Source: Narcine bancroftii
Taxonomy: Eukaryota
Assembly (NCBI RefSeq): GCF_036971445.1
Contig: NC_091470.1
Span: forward strand, 348,316,001-348,380,000
Length of the DNA stretch: 64,000 nt
Direction: 5' to 3'
Positions 50,378 to 62,054 of the stretch are shown here, one piece after another; the first letter of the stretch is position 1, and every line of letters starts with the position of its first letter. The notes under the pieces were generated by a model. That model saw only the letters and a list, made by a program, of their open reading frames with translations. It searched no databases and had not been told where the DNA came from. Both the position numbers and the translations under genes were made by a program.

Positions 50378-52789
50378 TGCTAAGGCAATATTAAGATGTT
50401 TGTCCTTTGAGGGCTTATTAAACAGCTCTTCGCATCGTCCAAATGGCAATTTACATGTTCTTTTCAAGAATGCTCTCCTGTATGCATGCCAAACAATTTG
50501 AGTCGTCCTTGCAGCAAACAAAATAAAATTTACAAAGTGTGCACCAAACCCGAGTCCAAAAAATAAAAATGAAGAGAACTACAGGTCCATTTCCAGTGGC
50601 ACAGACTCTCACACACTGAAACAAGTGGAAAAAAAGATTTAGAAAGCAATGGAAAGAGAGGGGGGTGGGGAGAGAGAGAGAGAGCGAGAGAAAGAGAGCA
50701 GGGGTGATAAGAACAGGTCTCCCACCATTAATGTGATGAGTCGAAGAACTGGTGGTAGATTTGGCATCAGCCCGCAGCCAAGAAGCTTCTGAGCATAACT
50801 TTATCGAGTGAACGTGATGTCTTTATACGAGGAATTAACCCAACGAATGGCTTTTTAAGTACCAAACCACAGTGACAGGGCAATACTAATAGATTCCGAA
50901 CGTCACGTTGCACTTGAGGGGCGATCATTGATAAATTAGTACTGCCACAATTTCTCAGATTCAGATTGTTCCTGCAAGAACAACTTTTTTTCTCTCTGTT
51001 TAATGGTACCTGTATCTCCTGAAATAGATGTGTGAATATTCTTTGTGACACATTGTTCCCTTATGCCAGACCCAATTATCATATTGCATGTACCTGAGTC
51101 CATACCACCAAAGACAGCTCTCTTTAAAAAAAAGTTGATTTTAGCAACTTCTTGTTTTCAAAAGGTGAGTACCCTGTCGTGGGGAAAATTCTAACCTTGA
51201 TAATTGTGCATCGAGTTTTGGTGATTAGCCTGTATGATTAATGCACTGTGTATGCACTGCTCACCAACTATCTCACTGAAGCTCGGTACATGTGGCCATA
51301 AACTTGAACTTGATTTTTTTCCAAGTCACAGCAGAGAATTCAAAGCCCACCAAGACAGGGTTGAACAGCACAGAAATAGGCCCCCATCAGCATACCATCT
51401 CTTTGCCAACCTTTTATGCCCAAGTACATTAATCCTATAGGCCTGCATCAGGTTAGTGTCCTCCCATACTTTGCCTATTGAGGTGCCGATCCAGAAGTCT
51501 CTGAAACTTAAAGATTGTATCTGACACTACCATCTCCTCTGCCAGCTAGTTTCAGATAACAACCACACTGTGTAAAAAAAAATCATTCATCTCAAATCCC
51601 CTTCTCACTCTAAAATGATCCCTTTTGTTTTTTTTATACTCTCCTACCAATAAAAAAAAAATTATTTTCTGTCCTACGTATGCCATACATAATTGTCATC
51701 AGGTATAGTGTAAGGTCAAGCCTCTTTCACTCAGGGACAACAAACTCAGCCCAACCAATCTCAAATTGAGATCGCAGCCTCTCCAGTCCAATCACATATA
51801 TCGTGTCATCCAAAACTGAGTTTGGTCTTCACTCCAAATCATTCAGTTTTTGAATATGTTAGAAATGTTGAGTTGAATGCCTCTTTCTATGTGTAAATGT
51901 ATACGATTCTGTGATAATTGAGGGACAGAAAGTGGTCTGAAGAGGGATTAGTTCCATTATTTTCATTGTGGCTGATAAATAGTCACTGAAACATTATTTG
52001 TTTGAATTTGTGGTAGCCCTATACCATAAGACAATGAGCCAGATCCTCTTAACATTTTTTGATCTATGGCTTAATGTTCTGCTGCCAGGGACACCCATGA
52101 GTGGCAACTCAGCCTCAGGTGATGGAAGCTGTCAACCCACCTGTAAAAGCTCCACTGGACTTCTGACACCTCACTGCTGTCAAAAACTTAGATTATTTTT
52201 AAAAATAGCTTGATGATAGACATTTAAAAAGAGATCAAATGGATTTAAATAAGTAAATATCAATTATTAAGATGATCATACTAGAAATTAATTTAGACAT
52301 CAAGTAAACTGAAAGAAAGGAAAATGCTGGCCTTGGGTGTTTCAGCCCAATGTCTGGTTCATGCTGTGGAGATTTGTGGATTGATTTCAAAAGTTACGCT
52401 TTCCAAATGGAAAACTAACAATTATACAGCCAGAGCTACAAGAAAAAAAAAACACAAAGATTTTTCTCTGCAGAACAACAGCAAAAGTTTTTGGATAACA
52501 TTTCATCTTTCATCATTTTCATCAACTCATTGCTGAGTATCTTGAAGCAAATATAATGGGCAGTCAACATTACTGGCAAATTTGGTATCAATCAAAGACA
52601 TATTTCCATTCAGTTACATATTCTGGAAAGTATTAGTGATGTATTGACAGACTAGCAAACTTAAATAAAAACCATTCTCATAATAGTTTGTCAGACAAGT
52701 CTCCTCTGGCAAATTTACCTCAAAAATGGTGTGTCTCAAAAGTGTACAACTGGTCATTATTACCGTTCAATTTCTACTCAATTCTGGGA

Positions 52790-53375
52790 TAAGAATATCA
52801 ATAGAACCTCCTGTGCCATTCAGTTAGATCATGGCTGATCTTTTCTCCATATCCCTTCATTCACCTCTATGTAAAAATCTATTCAACCTTGTCTTAAATA
52901 TAGTTACTGAGGTACCCTCCAGTGCTTCAATGGGCAATGAATACCATAGATTCACCACCCTCTGGGAAAAACAGTTCCTCCTCATCTCCATCCTAAATCT
53001 ATTACCCTGTCTCCCAGTTCTGGTCACTCCCACCAATGGAAACTACTTACCTACCTCTATATTATCTATGCCTTTCAAATGGTTCCATAAGATCTCCTCT
53101 CATTCTTCTAAAGTCCAATGAATACAGACGCAGACGACTCAATCTCTACTCACAGGCTAACCCCCTCATCTCTGGAATCAACCTGGTGAATCACCTCAAA
53201 AGCTAGTTCATATTTTCTCAAGTAAGGAGACCAGAGCTGCATGGAGTCGTCCAGATGTGACCTCACCAGTACCTTGTAAAATTACAGTATTACCTTCCTG
53301 CTCCTAAAGTCAGTATTGCCTCCATGCTCCTAAATTTAATCCCTCTAGCAATGAAGGCCAACATTCCATTTATTT
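52790..53375 (-). mobile_element. CR1 3' portion
   Basis: Similar to 21063-21698; other decayed minus-strand CR1 ends at ~51340-51800 and ~54920-55250. Confidence 0.8.
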
Positions 53376-54719
53376 CTTGTATCATGAAAATATCTTGTGA
53401 GCTGATTCAATAGATAACATAAGATCATCGTTGTACTATTAAATGAGTCATTGTCTTTTTTCTTTGCTGCAATCATTCTGTGGTCAAAAAATATTGATTT
53501 CTAGAACATTCATTGCTGCAAATCTTGCAGTATGATAGATGTGCAAAATTGTACAAAGAAGCATGCTCGGTGAATGAGGCAGAGAATATCTCTGGAGAGC
53601 TGTATGTGGTGATGTTCTCATTCCTTGGCAACGAGCTTTTCAATCTTTTTCATTACTAACTGAAGGGAATGAAAAACAAGAAATTGTGACGGAAAACTTC
53701 TATGGACGTTAATGGACTGGAATTGTAATTGAATGTTAAATTTAAATCTGAAGAGTAGGTCATTTTTTTTGCAATCTAGAGTATTTTTATGGTATATTCA
53801 CTATTTTCTTCCTGAATAATTTTAGATTTTAAAAATATGTAGGCTCTTTTCTTGGTCCTTCTTAAATACATCATCTAAACATTAATTTTGGTTGAGGAAT
53901 ATAGGATGTAACTAACTGCCTTGGGGATTTCAGAAATGTTTACCATACCCTGCATGTTTCAGTCACATCTTTTTCTGATGTCGTCCTCTAATTTTGTCGA
54001 CTTGTGGTCAGGTGTGGTTTCACAAATATTTACCTGTTTCCATTTCTAATCTTCACTGAGCTGGAAGATGAGGTATTGGCAGGTGACACCACCGATGCAC
54101 TTAATTCTGTATCGACCAGCATTGATTCAAACACACCTTCTGTTTTAGAGCTTTGGCTATTTCTTTAAGCAGTTCTGAGCAAATAGTTGTCCATTCAGGA
54201 GCTTAATCTGGACTATTGACGCAAAATGGTCAAATTACAAGACCAAGATTCAGAAAGTTGAAATGTTGATTGAGAAATGAGAGACAGAATTACAGCATGC
54301 CAGCTGAAGAATTTAAATATAAATTTGAGATATCCAACGTCAATATAAATGATCAGAAATTCACTGGATTGTTGTGAAAGCTAAACCAGCTCACTGATGT
54401 CCTTCAAGTCAACTGCCATCCTGCTTGCCCAGAAGTGATTTTGTAACTACATATCAATGTAGTTGTCTCTTAGCTGCCTTTAGAAATTGCTTTGCAAACT
54501 GGTCAATTAAGAAGCAATTATGAACTGGCAACAAATACTGGTCAGATTCTGTGAGAAAATAAATCTGGACAAGATGGCCAAGTCCCAAACAAATTCAATC
54601 GTAATTTTTTTTTGTGGAGGATTTATTTTCTTGTAGCCTGAAAATACAGCCAAGATTAAAGACAGTCTTTAGCTGAACAACACATATTGGCTCTTGCTAA
54701 ATTCTTCCATGCTAAGGTA

Positions 54720-54910
54720 GTGAAACACTAAAGTCTGCAGACACTGTGACTGTGGTTAAAACACAAAAATGCTGGAGGAACTCCACAGGTCACGCAGCAT
54801 GCTAAGGAGGTAAAGATAAATAATCAACAATTTGGGCCTTGAAGAAGGGTTCAGGCCTCCTATGGACACTGCATGACCTGCGGAGTTCCTCCAGCAATTT
54901 TGTGTTTTTA
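54720..54910. mobile_element. Palindromic (fold-back) element made of two inverted Penelope-like termini
   Basis: aaaacacaaaaatgctggaggaactcc..aggtca...ggagg (54758-54811) pairs with cctcc...tgacctgcggagttcctccagcaattttgtgtttt (54857-54909). Confidence 0.8.
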
Positions 54911-55309
54911 CTAATTTATTCCATGCTGACTGTGTGCTAATCCCATTCGCCTGCTTTTGGCCTAGATCTATCCATTCATTTCCTTTCCAAGTAGCTGTCC
55001 AGATAGCTTTTAAATGCTATAATTGTATTTTCCGCCAGCTCTTCCACTAGCAGCTCATTCAATGTCACTACCCCCTCAGATCACTTTAAAATTTTTCCCC
55101 ATCAACTTAAACCTACATCCTCGAGTTATAGACTTGCCAGGCCTAGCAAAAAGACTCTATCTTCTCTATATATGCCCCTAATAATTTTACAGATCTCCAT
55201 AAACTTACCCCTTGGCCTCCCGCATTCCAGTGAGAATAAACCAACCTATCCCTATTTAGGTTTTCAGAGAAACCTTTTGGTAACTCAAATTCTACCACAA
55301 TGTTCTTGC

Positions 55310-56520
55310 AGCGTGGCAACAAAAATTGGTGATAACAAAGCTTTTTATAAGATTATATCACATGCAAAAGGGTAGCTAAAGTGAAGGTTGGTCCATGGGA
55401 GGATGAAAAATTTGAATTGATACTAGGTAATGATGAAATCACTGAGGCTTTGAACGACTATTTTGTGTTGGTCTTCATGGTGGAGGATACATCTACTCTG
55501 CCAAAGACAGATGTTATGGATTTGACAGGAGGTGAGAAATTGGATGTAATAGTTATCACCAAAGAGGCAGGACTGAGAAAACATGAGGGTCTAAAGACAG
55601 ATAAATCCATTGGTCTCTAAAGACAGATAAATCCATTGGTCCTGATGGAATGCATCCCAGGGTACTGAAAAAAATGGCAGAAGTTAGAGTAGAGGCTTTG
55701 GTGATAATTTACCCAAGTTCTTTGGACCCTGGGCAGCTTGCAGCAGACTGAAGGATGGTGAATGTCATGCCACTATTCAGAAAGGATGTAGGCAAAAGGC
55801 AGGGAAACTATAGGCCAGTTAATTTAACATCTGTTGTCGGGAAATGCTTGAAGCGATTATTAAAGAAGAAATAGCAAGGCAAGTGAAGCAAAATGGCATC
55901 AGGCAGACACAGCATGGACTCACCAAAGGCAGTTCCTCTTTAACAAATTTACCCAAGTTCTTTGAGGATGTAATGAGTGCAGTAGACAGAGGGGAGCAGA
56001 TGAACGTTGTTTACCTGGATTTCCAGAAGCGTTCAAAAAGGTGCTACATAAAAGACTTGCACATAAGATAAGGATGCATGAAGTTGGGGATGATTTAATT
56101 GCATGAATAGAGGATTGATTAACCAATAGAAACTAGAGTTGGGATATAGGGGTGTTTTTTTCTGGTTGGCAATCTGTACTAAGCAGGGTACTGCAGGGGT
56201 CAGTGCTGGGCCTGCAAATATTCACAATATACATTAACGATCTGGAAGAGAGGACAGAGTGTAGTGTATCTAAATTTGCTGATGACACTAAAATTAGTGG
56301 AAAAGCAAATTGTGCAGAGTATACAAACAGCCTCCAGAGAGATATAGGTAGGTTAAGAGAGGGGGAAGGTATTTGGCAGATGGAGTACAATGTTGGTAAA
56401 TGTGAAGTTATCCACTCTGGAAGGAAAAAAGGCAAATGATTGCAGCATGATGCTATGAAGAAGGACTTGAAAATGCTTGGGCATGAATTACAAAAGGATG
56501 GCTTGCAGGTGCAGCAGGCC
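55310..56520 (+). mobile_element. CR1 internal portion, followed by an inverted CR1 piece (~56520-56790)
   Basis: ORFs with VVYLDFQK, QGSVLG, FADDTK; internal ~28-bp tandem duplication at 55590-55641. Confidence 0.88.
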
Positions 56521-57034
56521 AATGTTTTGGCCAGATGCAATATGACATCCCAATTCTTATTCTTTGCCGTATGAAGATAAGCTTGCCAAATGTCTACAAT
56601 ATCCTATCCATCTGTGTGGCCATTTTCAAGGAGCGATGAACTTGCAACCAAGGTCACTCCGTACATCAACACTCCTGAGGTCCTTTCCATTCACTGTATA
56701 TGCCCTGCTTGAATTTGACATCCCTAAATATATGACCTCACACATGTTACATCCTCCACCTCTCTGGCCAACTTTCCATCTGATCTGACGCTATATTCAC
56801 TGGAATTGAAAAGACTAAGCTGGGATCACTTTGAAACGTATCATATTTTAAGGTGGATCAATTGGGCACATGCTGAGATGCTATTCCTTTGAAATGCACA
56901 ATGTCAAATTAGATAGCAAAGGGGATGATAATTTGGGACAAAAATAAGGAAAAAATATCCAGAGAGTGGGAATTTCAGAAGGCCATTGATTCTGAGTAAC
57001 TCAAATAGTTCAAGGGTTTGAGCACAGAGAGAAT

Positions 57035-58079
57035 GAGAGGATAAGGCAGGATGAGGGGTTGAGAGGATAAGGCAGGATGAGGGGTGGAGAGGATAAGGCA
57101 GGATGAGGGGTTGAGAGGATAAGGCAGGATGAGGGGTTGAGAGGATAAGGCAGGATGAGGGGTGGAGAGGATAAGGCAGGATGAGGGGTGGAGAGGATAA
57201 GGCAGGATGAGGGGTTGAGAGGATAAGGCAGGATGAGGGGTTGAGAGGATAAGGCAGGATGAGGGGTGGAGAGGATAAGGCAGGATGAGGGGTGGAGAGG
57301 ATAGGCAGGATGAGGGGTGGAGAGGATAAGGCAGGATGAGGGGTTGAGAGGATAAGGCAGGATGAGGGGTTGAGAGGATAAGGCAGGATGAGGGGTTGAG
57401 AGGATAAGGCAGGATGAGGGGTTGAGAGGATAAGGCAGGATGAGGGGTTGAGAGGATAAGGCAGGATGAGGGGTTGAGAGGATAAGGCAGGATGAGGGGT
57501 TGAGAGGATAAGGCAGGATGAGGGGTTGAGAGGATAAGGCAGGATGAGGGGTTGAGAGGATAAGGCAGGATGAGGGGTTGAGAGGATAAGGCAGGATGAG
57601 GGGTTGAGAGGATAAGGCAGGATGAGGGGTTGAGAGGATAAGGCAGGATGAGGGGTTGAGAGGATAAGGCAGGATGAGGGGTTGAGAGGATAAGGCAGGA
57701 TGAGGGGTTGAGAGGATAAGGCAGGATGAGGGGTTGAGAGGATAAGGCAGGATGAGGGGTTGAGAGGATAAGGCAGGATGAGGGGTTGAGAGGATAAGGC
57801 AGGATGAGGGGTTGAGAGGATAAGGCAGGATGAGGGGTTGAGAGGATAAGGCAGGATGAGGGGTTGAGAGGATAAGGCAGGATGAGGGGTTGAGAGGATA
57901 AGGCAGGATGAGGGGTTGAGAGGATAAGGCAGGATGAGGGGTTGAGAGGATAAGGCAGGATGAGGGGTTGAGAGGATAAGGCAGGATGAGGGGTTGAGAG
58001 GATAAGGCAGGATGAGCGGTTGAGAGGATAAGGCAGGATGAGGGGTTGAGAGGATAAGGCAGGATGAGGGGTTGAGAGG
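57035..58079. repeat. 26-bp minisatellite, ~40 units (gagaggataaggcaggatgaggggtK)
   Basis: Seen directly; variants ggggtg, one 1-bp deletion (~57303) and one gagcgg. Confidence 0.97.
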
Positions 58080-58831
58080 TAGAATAAGATGTAGCCTTGT
58101 CCCTGTTCTATTTTGCCTTCTTATCTGTTATGGATCGATAGAGCTGACAGCCTGGTTGGCCTTTGTCCTCTAGTTCTTTTTTATTAAAGTTGAATGAGAG
58201 TTCATTTTTAAGCAATAGAAACCTATGCGGTGAATTGAATGTGGGCTCCATCCAGCTTGTAATATCTTTAGCCTCTCTTCTCTTTTCCAGTGGATTGCAT
58301 TTAAGATTATTTCTGCAGACAGCAATATTACTTTTGCAATAAAGTGAGGCTAAAAACAAGTGATGTTCATTCAATTTTAAGGGAAATAATATTTACAATT
58401 TGCATTAAAATAGCACTGTTAACATAGGACAAGGTTCTAATGGATGGAAATGATAATGGAACCCTGCGAAAATAACTATATTACCAAGTTCAAGGTGGTA
58501 AAAGGGTGGAGGATTTTAATTTGACATTGAAGCACCAATGATTGTATTTTTTTCTGACCGTGAATCAGATAAACAAATGTTATCCAGAAAAATAAATCTC
58601 CATACCAAAAGAGTACACACTTTTAAAGCAGTAAATAATCTCATCTCACAGTAATCGGTGAACAAATTTGCTGCAATCACGATATGGCTAAATGAGTGGA
58701 TTGGATTAGTAATATCGTAATCCGCTGCTAATTTACAAATAATCGCCATAAACCATGCATTGACATGCTATCTTCCAGACCAAGTTGACAATTTTTATTA
58801 CTTGATCATCTCCGATTATTCTTTTCGCATT

Positions 58832-61800
58832 GGGCTGGCACGGTTGGCGTAGCAGTTAGCGCAACGCCTTTACAGCGCCAGTGATCATGACCAGGGTCCA
58901 AATCCCACACTGACTGTAAGGAGTTTGTACGTTCTCTCTGTGTCTGCATGGGTTTTCTCCAGGGGCTTCTGGAATCCCCACCATTCAAATCGTAGTGGGG
59001 GTTGAAGTGTGGCAGCCCGCCGCGGCAGCGATCGAGCCGGCACTCTGGGTGGCGAGCGCAACCAAAGGCTAGGAGCGCAGTGGCACTAGGCCCAACAAGC
59101 GCACTGGTGGGTGAACAGCAAGGGCAGCTTAAAGGCCAGCAACCCCAAAATAGTGCTGGCCTTGCTGTGCAGCCAACAGCGCACGGGAAATAAGGGCATT
59201 GTTATTCAGAAAAGTACCCACGCACGGGAAACCCACTTTTGTTATGCATGTTGTGATGTCAGCTAAAGGGGGCCATGGTGGGAAGAGTGGAAGTATAGAA
59301 GTCAGGCCTGAGCCCTAATAACCCTGATGATATCTCCAAGACTGCCATCATCACTCCATTTGGCCTCTTCAGATTCTTCCGAATGCCATTTGGGTTAACG
59401 AACGCCTCACAGACCTGACAGCAACTCATGGGCCGAGATCTGGATGGCACCTTTGTGTACCTGGATGACATCCTGGTGGTGAGCAGGAACCAAGAGGAGC
59501 ATATGGCACACCTCCACAACTTCTACTCATGACTGAGTGAGTTCAGCCTGATGATCAACCCAGCCATATTCCAGTTCAGATTGGAGGCCATCAACTTCCT
59601 GGGCCACAGGATAACCAGGGAAGGAGCCACACCGCTACACAGTAAAGTGGAGGCCATCCGGAAGTTCCCCTGACCCAACACAACCAAGGGACTACAGAAG
59701 TTCGTGGGGATGATCATTTTCTATCACAGGTTCATTCCCTCAGCTGCCCCAATCACGTGACCCTCGTTCGCCCAAATGGCAGGCAAGACGAAGGACATCA
59801 TCTGGGACAATGAGTTAGCAGAGACTTTCATGAAAGCCCAAGAAGCCCTAGTGAACACTACTTTCCTGGCACATCCCATGTCAGACACTCCAATGACCCT
59901 GATGGTGGATGCCTCAGGAACTGCGATCGCGGAGTTCTGGAGCAGATCAAAGGAAGCTGGCAGCCGTTGGCTTTCTTCAGCAAACATCTGCGGCCTCCAG
60001 ATCTGAAGTACAGCCCTTTTGACAGGGAGCTACTGGCACTGTGCAAAGCCATCCACCACTTCAGGTACTTCCTAGAGGGCAGATCCTTCATGGCTTTCAC
60101 AGATTACAAGCCTCTGACTTTAACCTTGGCTAAAATCTCGGACTCCTGGTCAGCCCGCCAGCAATGACACCTGTCTTACATCTCGGACACATCACAGATG
60201 TAAAGCACATCTCGGCAAGGACAACGTGATGGCCAATGCACTTTCCAGGCAAAATATCCACGTGCTCTCAAGGGGAGTGGACTTGGTGGCACTGGCAGAG
60301 GTGCAGCAGAAAGACGAGGAGATGTCCGAATACAGGACTGCCACATTGGGACTGCAGCTCCAGTGCATCCCAGTCGGCAGAGGTAACATCACCCTCCTGT
60401 ATGACATGGCCACCGGTAAGGACAGACCCATCGTCCCAGTGGCTTGGAGACGACAGGTTTTCGACACTATCCATAGGCTGGCTCACCCATCTATCAGGAC
60501 CACGGTCCAGCTGGTGGCCAGCAAATATGTGTGGCATAGATTGCGGAAACAGGTCAGCGGGTGGGCGAAGGCGTGCATGCAGTGCCAAACAGCCAAGCTA
60601 CAGCAGCACACCAAGACCCCACATCAGCACTTCGAGCCTGCAGAACAAAGTTTCGACCACATCCACGTGGACATAAAAGGACCCTTGCCGGTATCCCAGA
60701 GTTTCCAATATCTGTTCACGATGGTCGATCATTTCACCAAGTGGTCATAAGCAGTCCCGCTGGCAGACATGTCCACAACCTCATGCGCCAGGGCCCTCAT
60801 CTCATCCTGGGTAGCATGGTTCAGGTTACCAGCTCCATCACATCTGACAGAGGGGCTCAGTTCACCTCCAGTCTGTGGTCCAACCTCGCCAGCCTGTGGG
60901 GTGCCTAGCTGCATCACATAACAGCTTACCACCCACCGTCCAATGAGTTGGTGGAGTACTTCAACAGACACCTCAAAACTGTGCTCATGACCACACTGGT
61001 AGACGAGCTACTATGGGCACTGTTGGGCATCCACACGGCACCCAAGGAGGACCTCAACACTTGTCTACAGAGCTCCACTGGTGGTCCCAGAAGAATTTGT
61101 ACCATCCCTAGGGGATGACTCGGCAGCGTTCCTCAGCAGGCTAAGGATAAGAGTCAGAAACCTGGCCCTGATTCCATCTCCAGGCACGGACAGGTAAAGA
61201 CCAACATACCCAAAGACCTGCATGACTACGAGAATGTTTTCATTCGCAGGGGTCCACATCATCCATCACTTCAGGGGCCATACAAGGGTCTGTTCCGGGT
61301 CCTCAACAATGGGACCATGTTCAAGCTGGAGGACATAGGCAAGATTGAGGTCTTCACCACAGAAAGGCTGAATCCAGCACACCTGGACCCAGCACGCCTG
61401 GTTGAGACACCAGCAACACGCCGAAGAGGCAGGCCACTGAAGGGTGCAGAGAGTTTGCTTCCAGATATCAAGGACAATACCACCAGTTCTGAGGGGGGGG
61501 GGGGGAAAAGAGAGGTCATGTGGCGGCCCGCCACAGCAGCGATCGAGCCAGCAGCAATGGCCCTAACAAGTGAACCTGCGGGTGAATGGGAAGGGCAGCT
61601 TAAAGGCCAGTGACCCCAAAATTACACTGGCCTTGCTGTGACAACGCATGGGAAAGAAGGGCATTGTCATGCAGAAAAATTACCACGTGTGGGAAACCCG
61701 TTTTGTTATGCATGTTGTGCCATCAACGAAGTTGGGGGCCATGGTGGGAACAGTGCAAGTATAAAAGTTGGGCCTGAGCTCTAATAAAACTTAGAGTTTA

Positions 61801-61940
61801 ACCTGACTACACTGCATGTGTGCGTCTTCTTTCAAGTAGCGTACGGTTACAGTAGGTTAATTGATCGTAAATTGGGTGGAATGGACTCTTAGGCTGAAAT
61901 GGCCCATTACCATGCTGTATGTCTAAATTTAAATTAAATT
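58832..61940 (+). mobile_element. tRNA-derived SINE split by a Gypsy insertion (58832-59007 and 61852-61940)
   Basis: Head ggcacggttggcgtagcagttagcgc; the tail gttaattg...atgctgtatgtctaaatttaaatt resumes after the LTR. Confidence 0.85.
59008..61851 (+). mobile_element. Ty3/Gypsy LTR retrotransposon, internally deleted; LTRs 59008-~59321 (truncated) and 61519-61851
   Basis: TG...CA ends, TSD gaag/gtag, polypurine tract at ~61491-61516. Order is RT (YLDD), RNase H (DAS, DRELLA), integrase (HHCC, SDRG, GPY). Confidence 0.93.
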
Positions 61941-62054
61941 ATTTTTAAATCAGAAGTATTCTTAAGTTGCAGTGGCACATGCTTTGATGGTCAATAAAGT
62001 TACTTACATACCTCCTCCAGAAGCTGTACAATATTTACAAAACAAGTCTACTTA

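Larger units (their letters stand above)
48500..51050 (-). promoter_or_regulatory. CpG-rich zone around and upstream of the GPS exon; candidate internal promoter
   Basis: Dense CpG at 48540-48870 against a CpG-poor background, more CpGs at 50100-50940, GA/CA microsatellites, ACGTCA/CACGTT motifs near 50900. Confidence 0.45.

Noticed and set aside
57035-58079. 26-bp array as CRISPR or telomeric repeat
   Set aside because: No spacers and no TTAGGG; it is a plain minisatellite.
62012-62023. Possible 12-nt frame-preserving microexon on the minus strand (cag|CTTCTGGAGGAG|gtatgt)
   Set aside because: Weak pyrimidine tract, wedged between transposon relics, and no homology support; would need RNA-seq junction reads.
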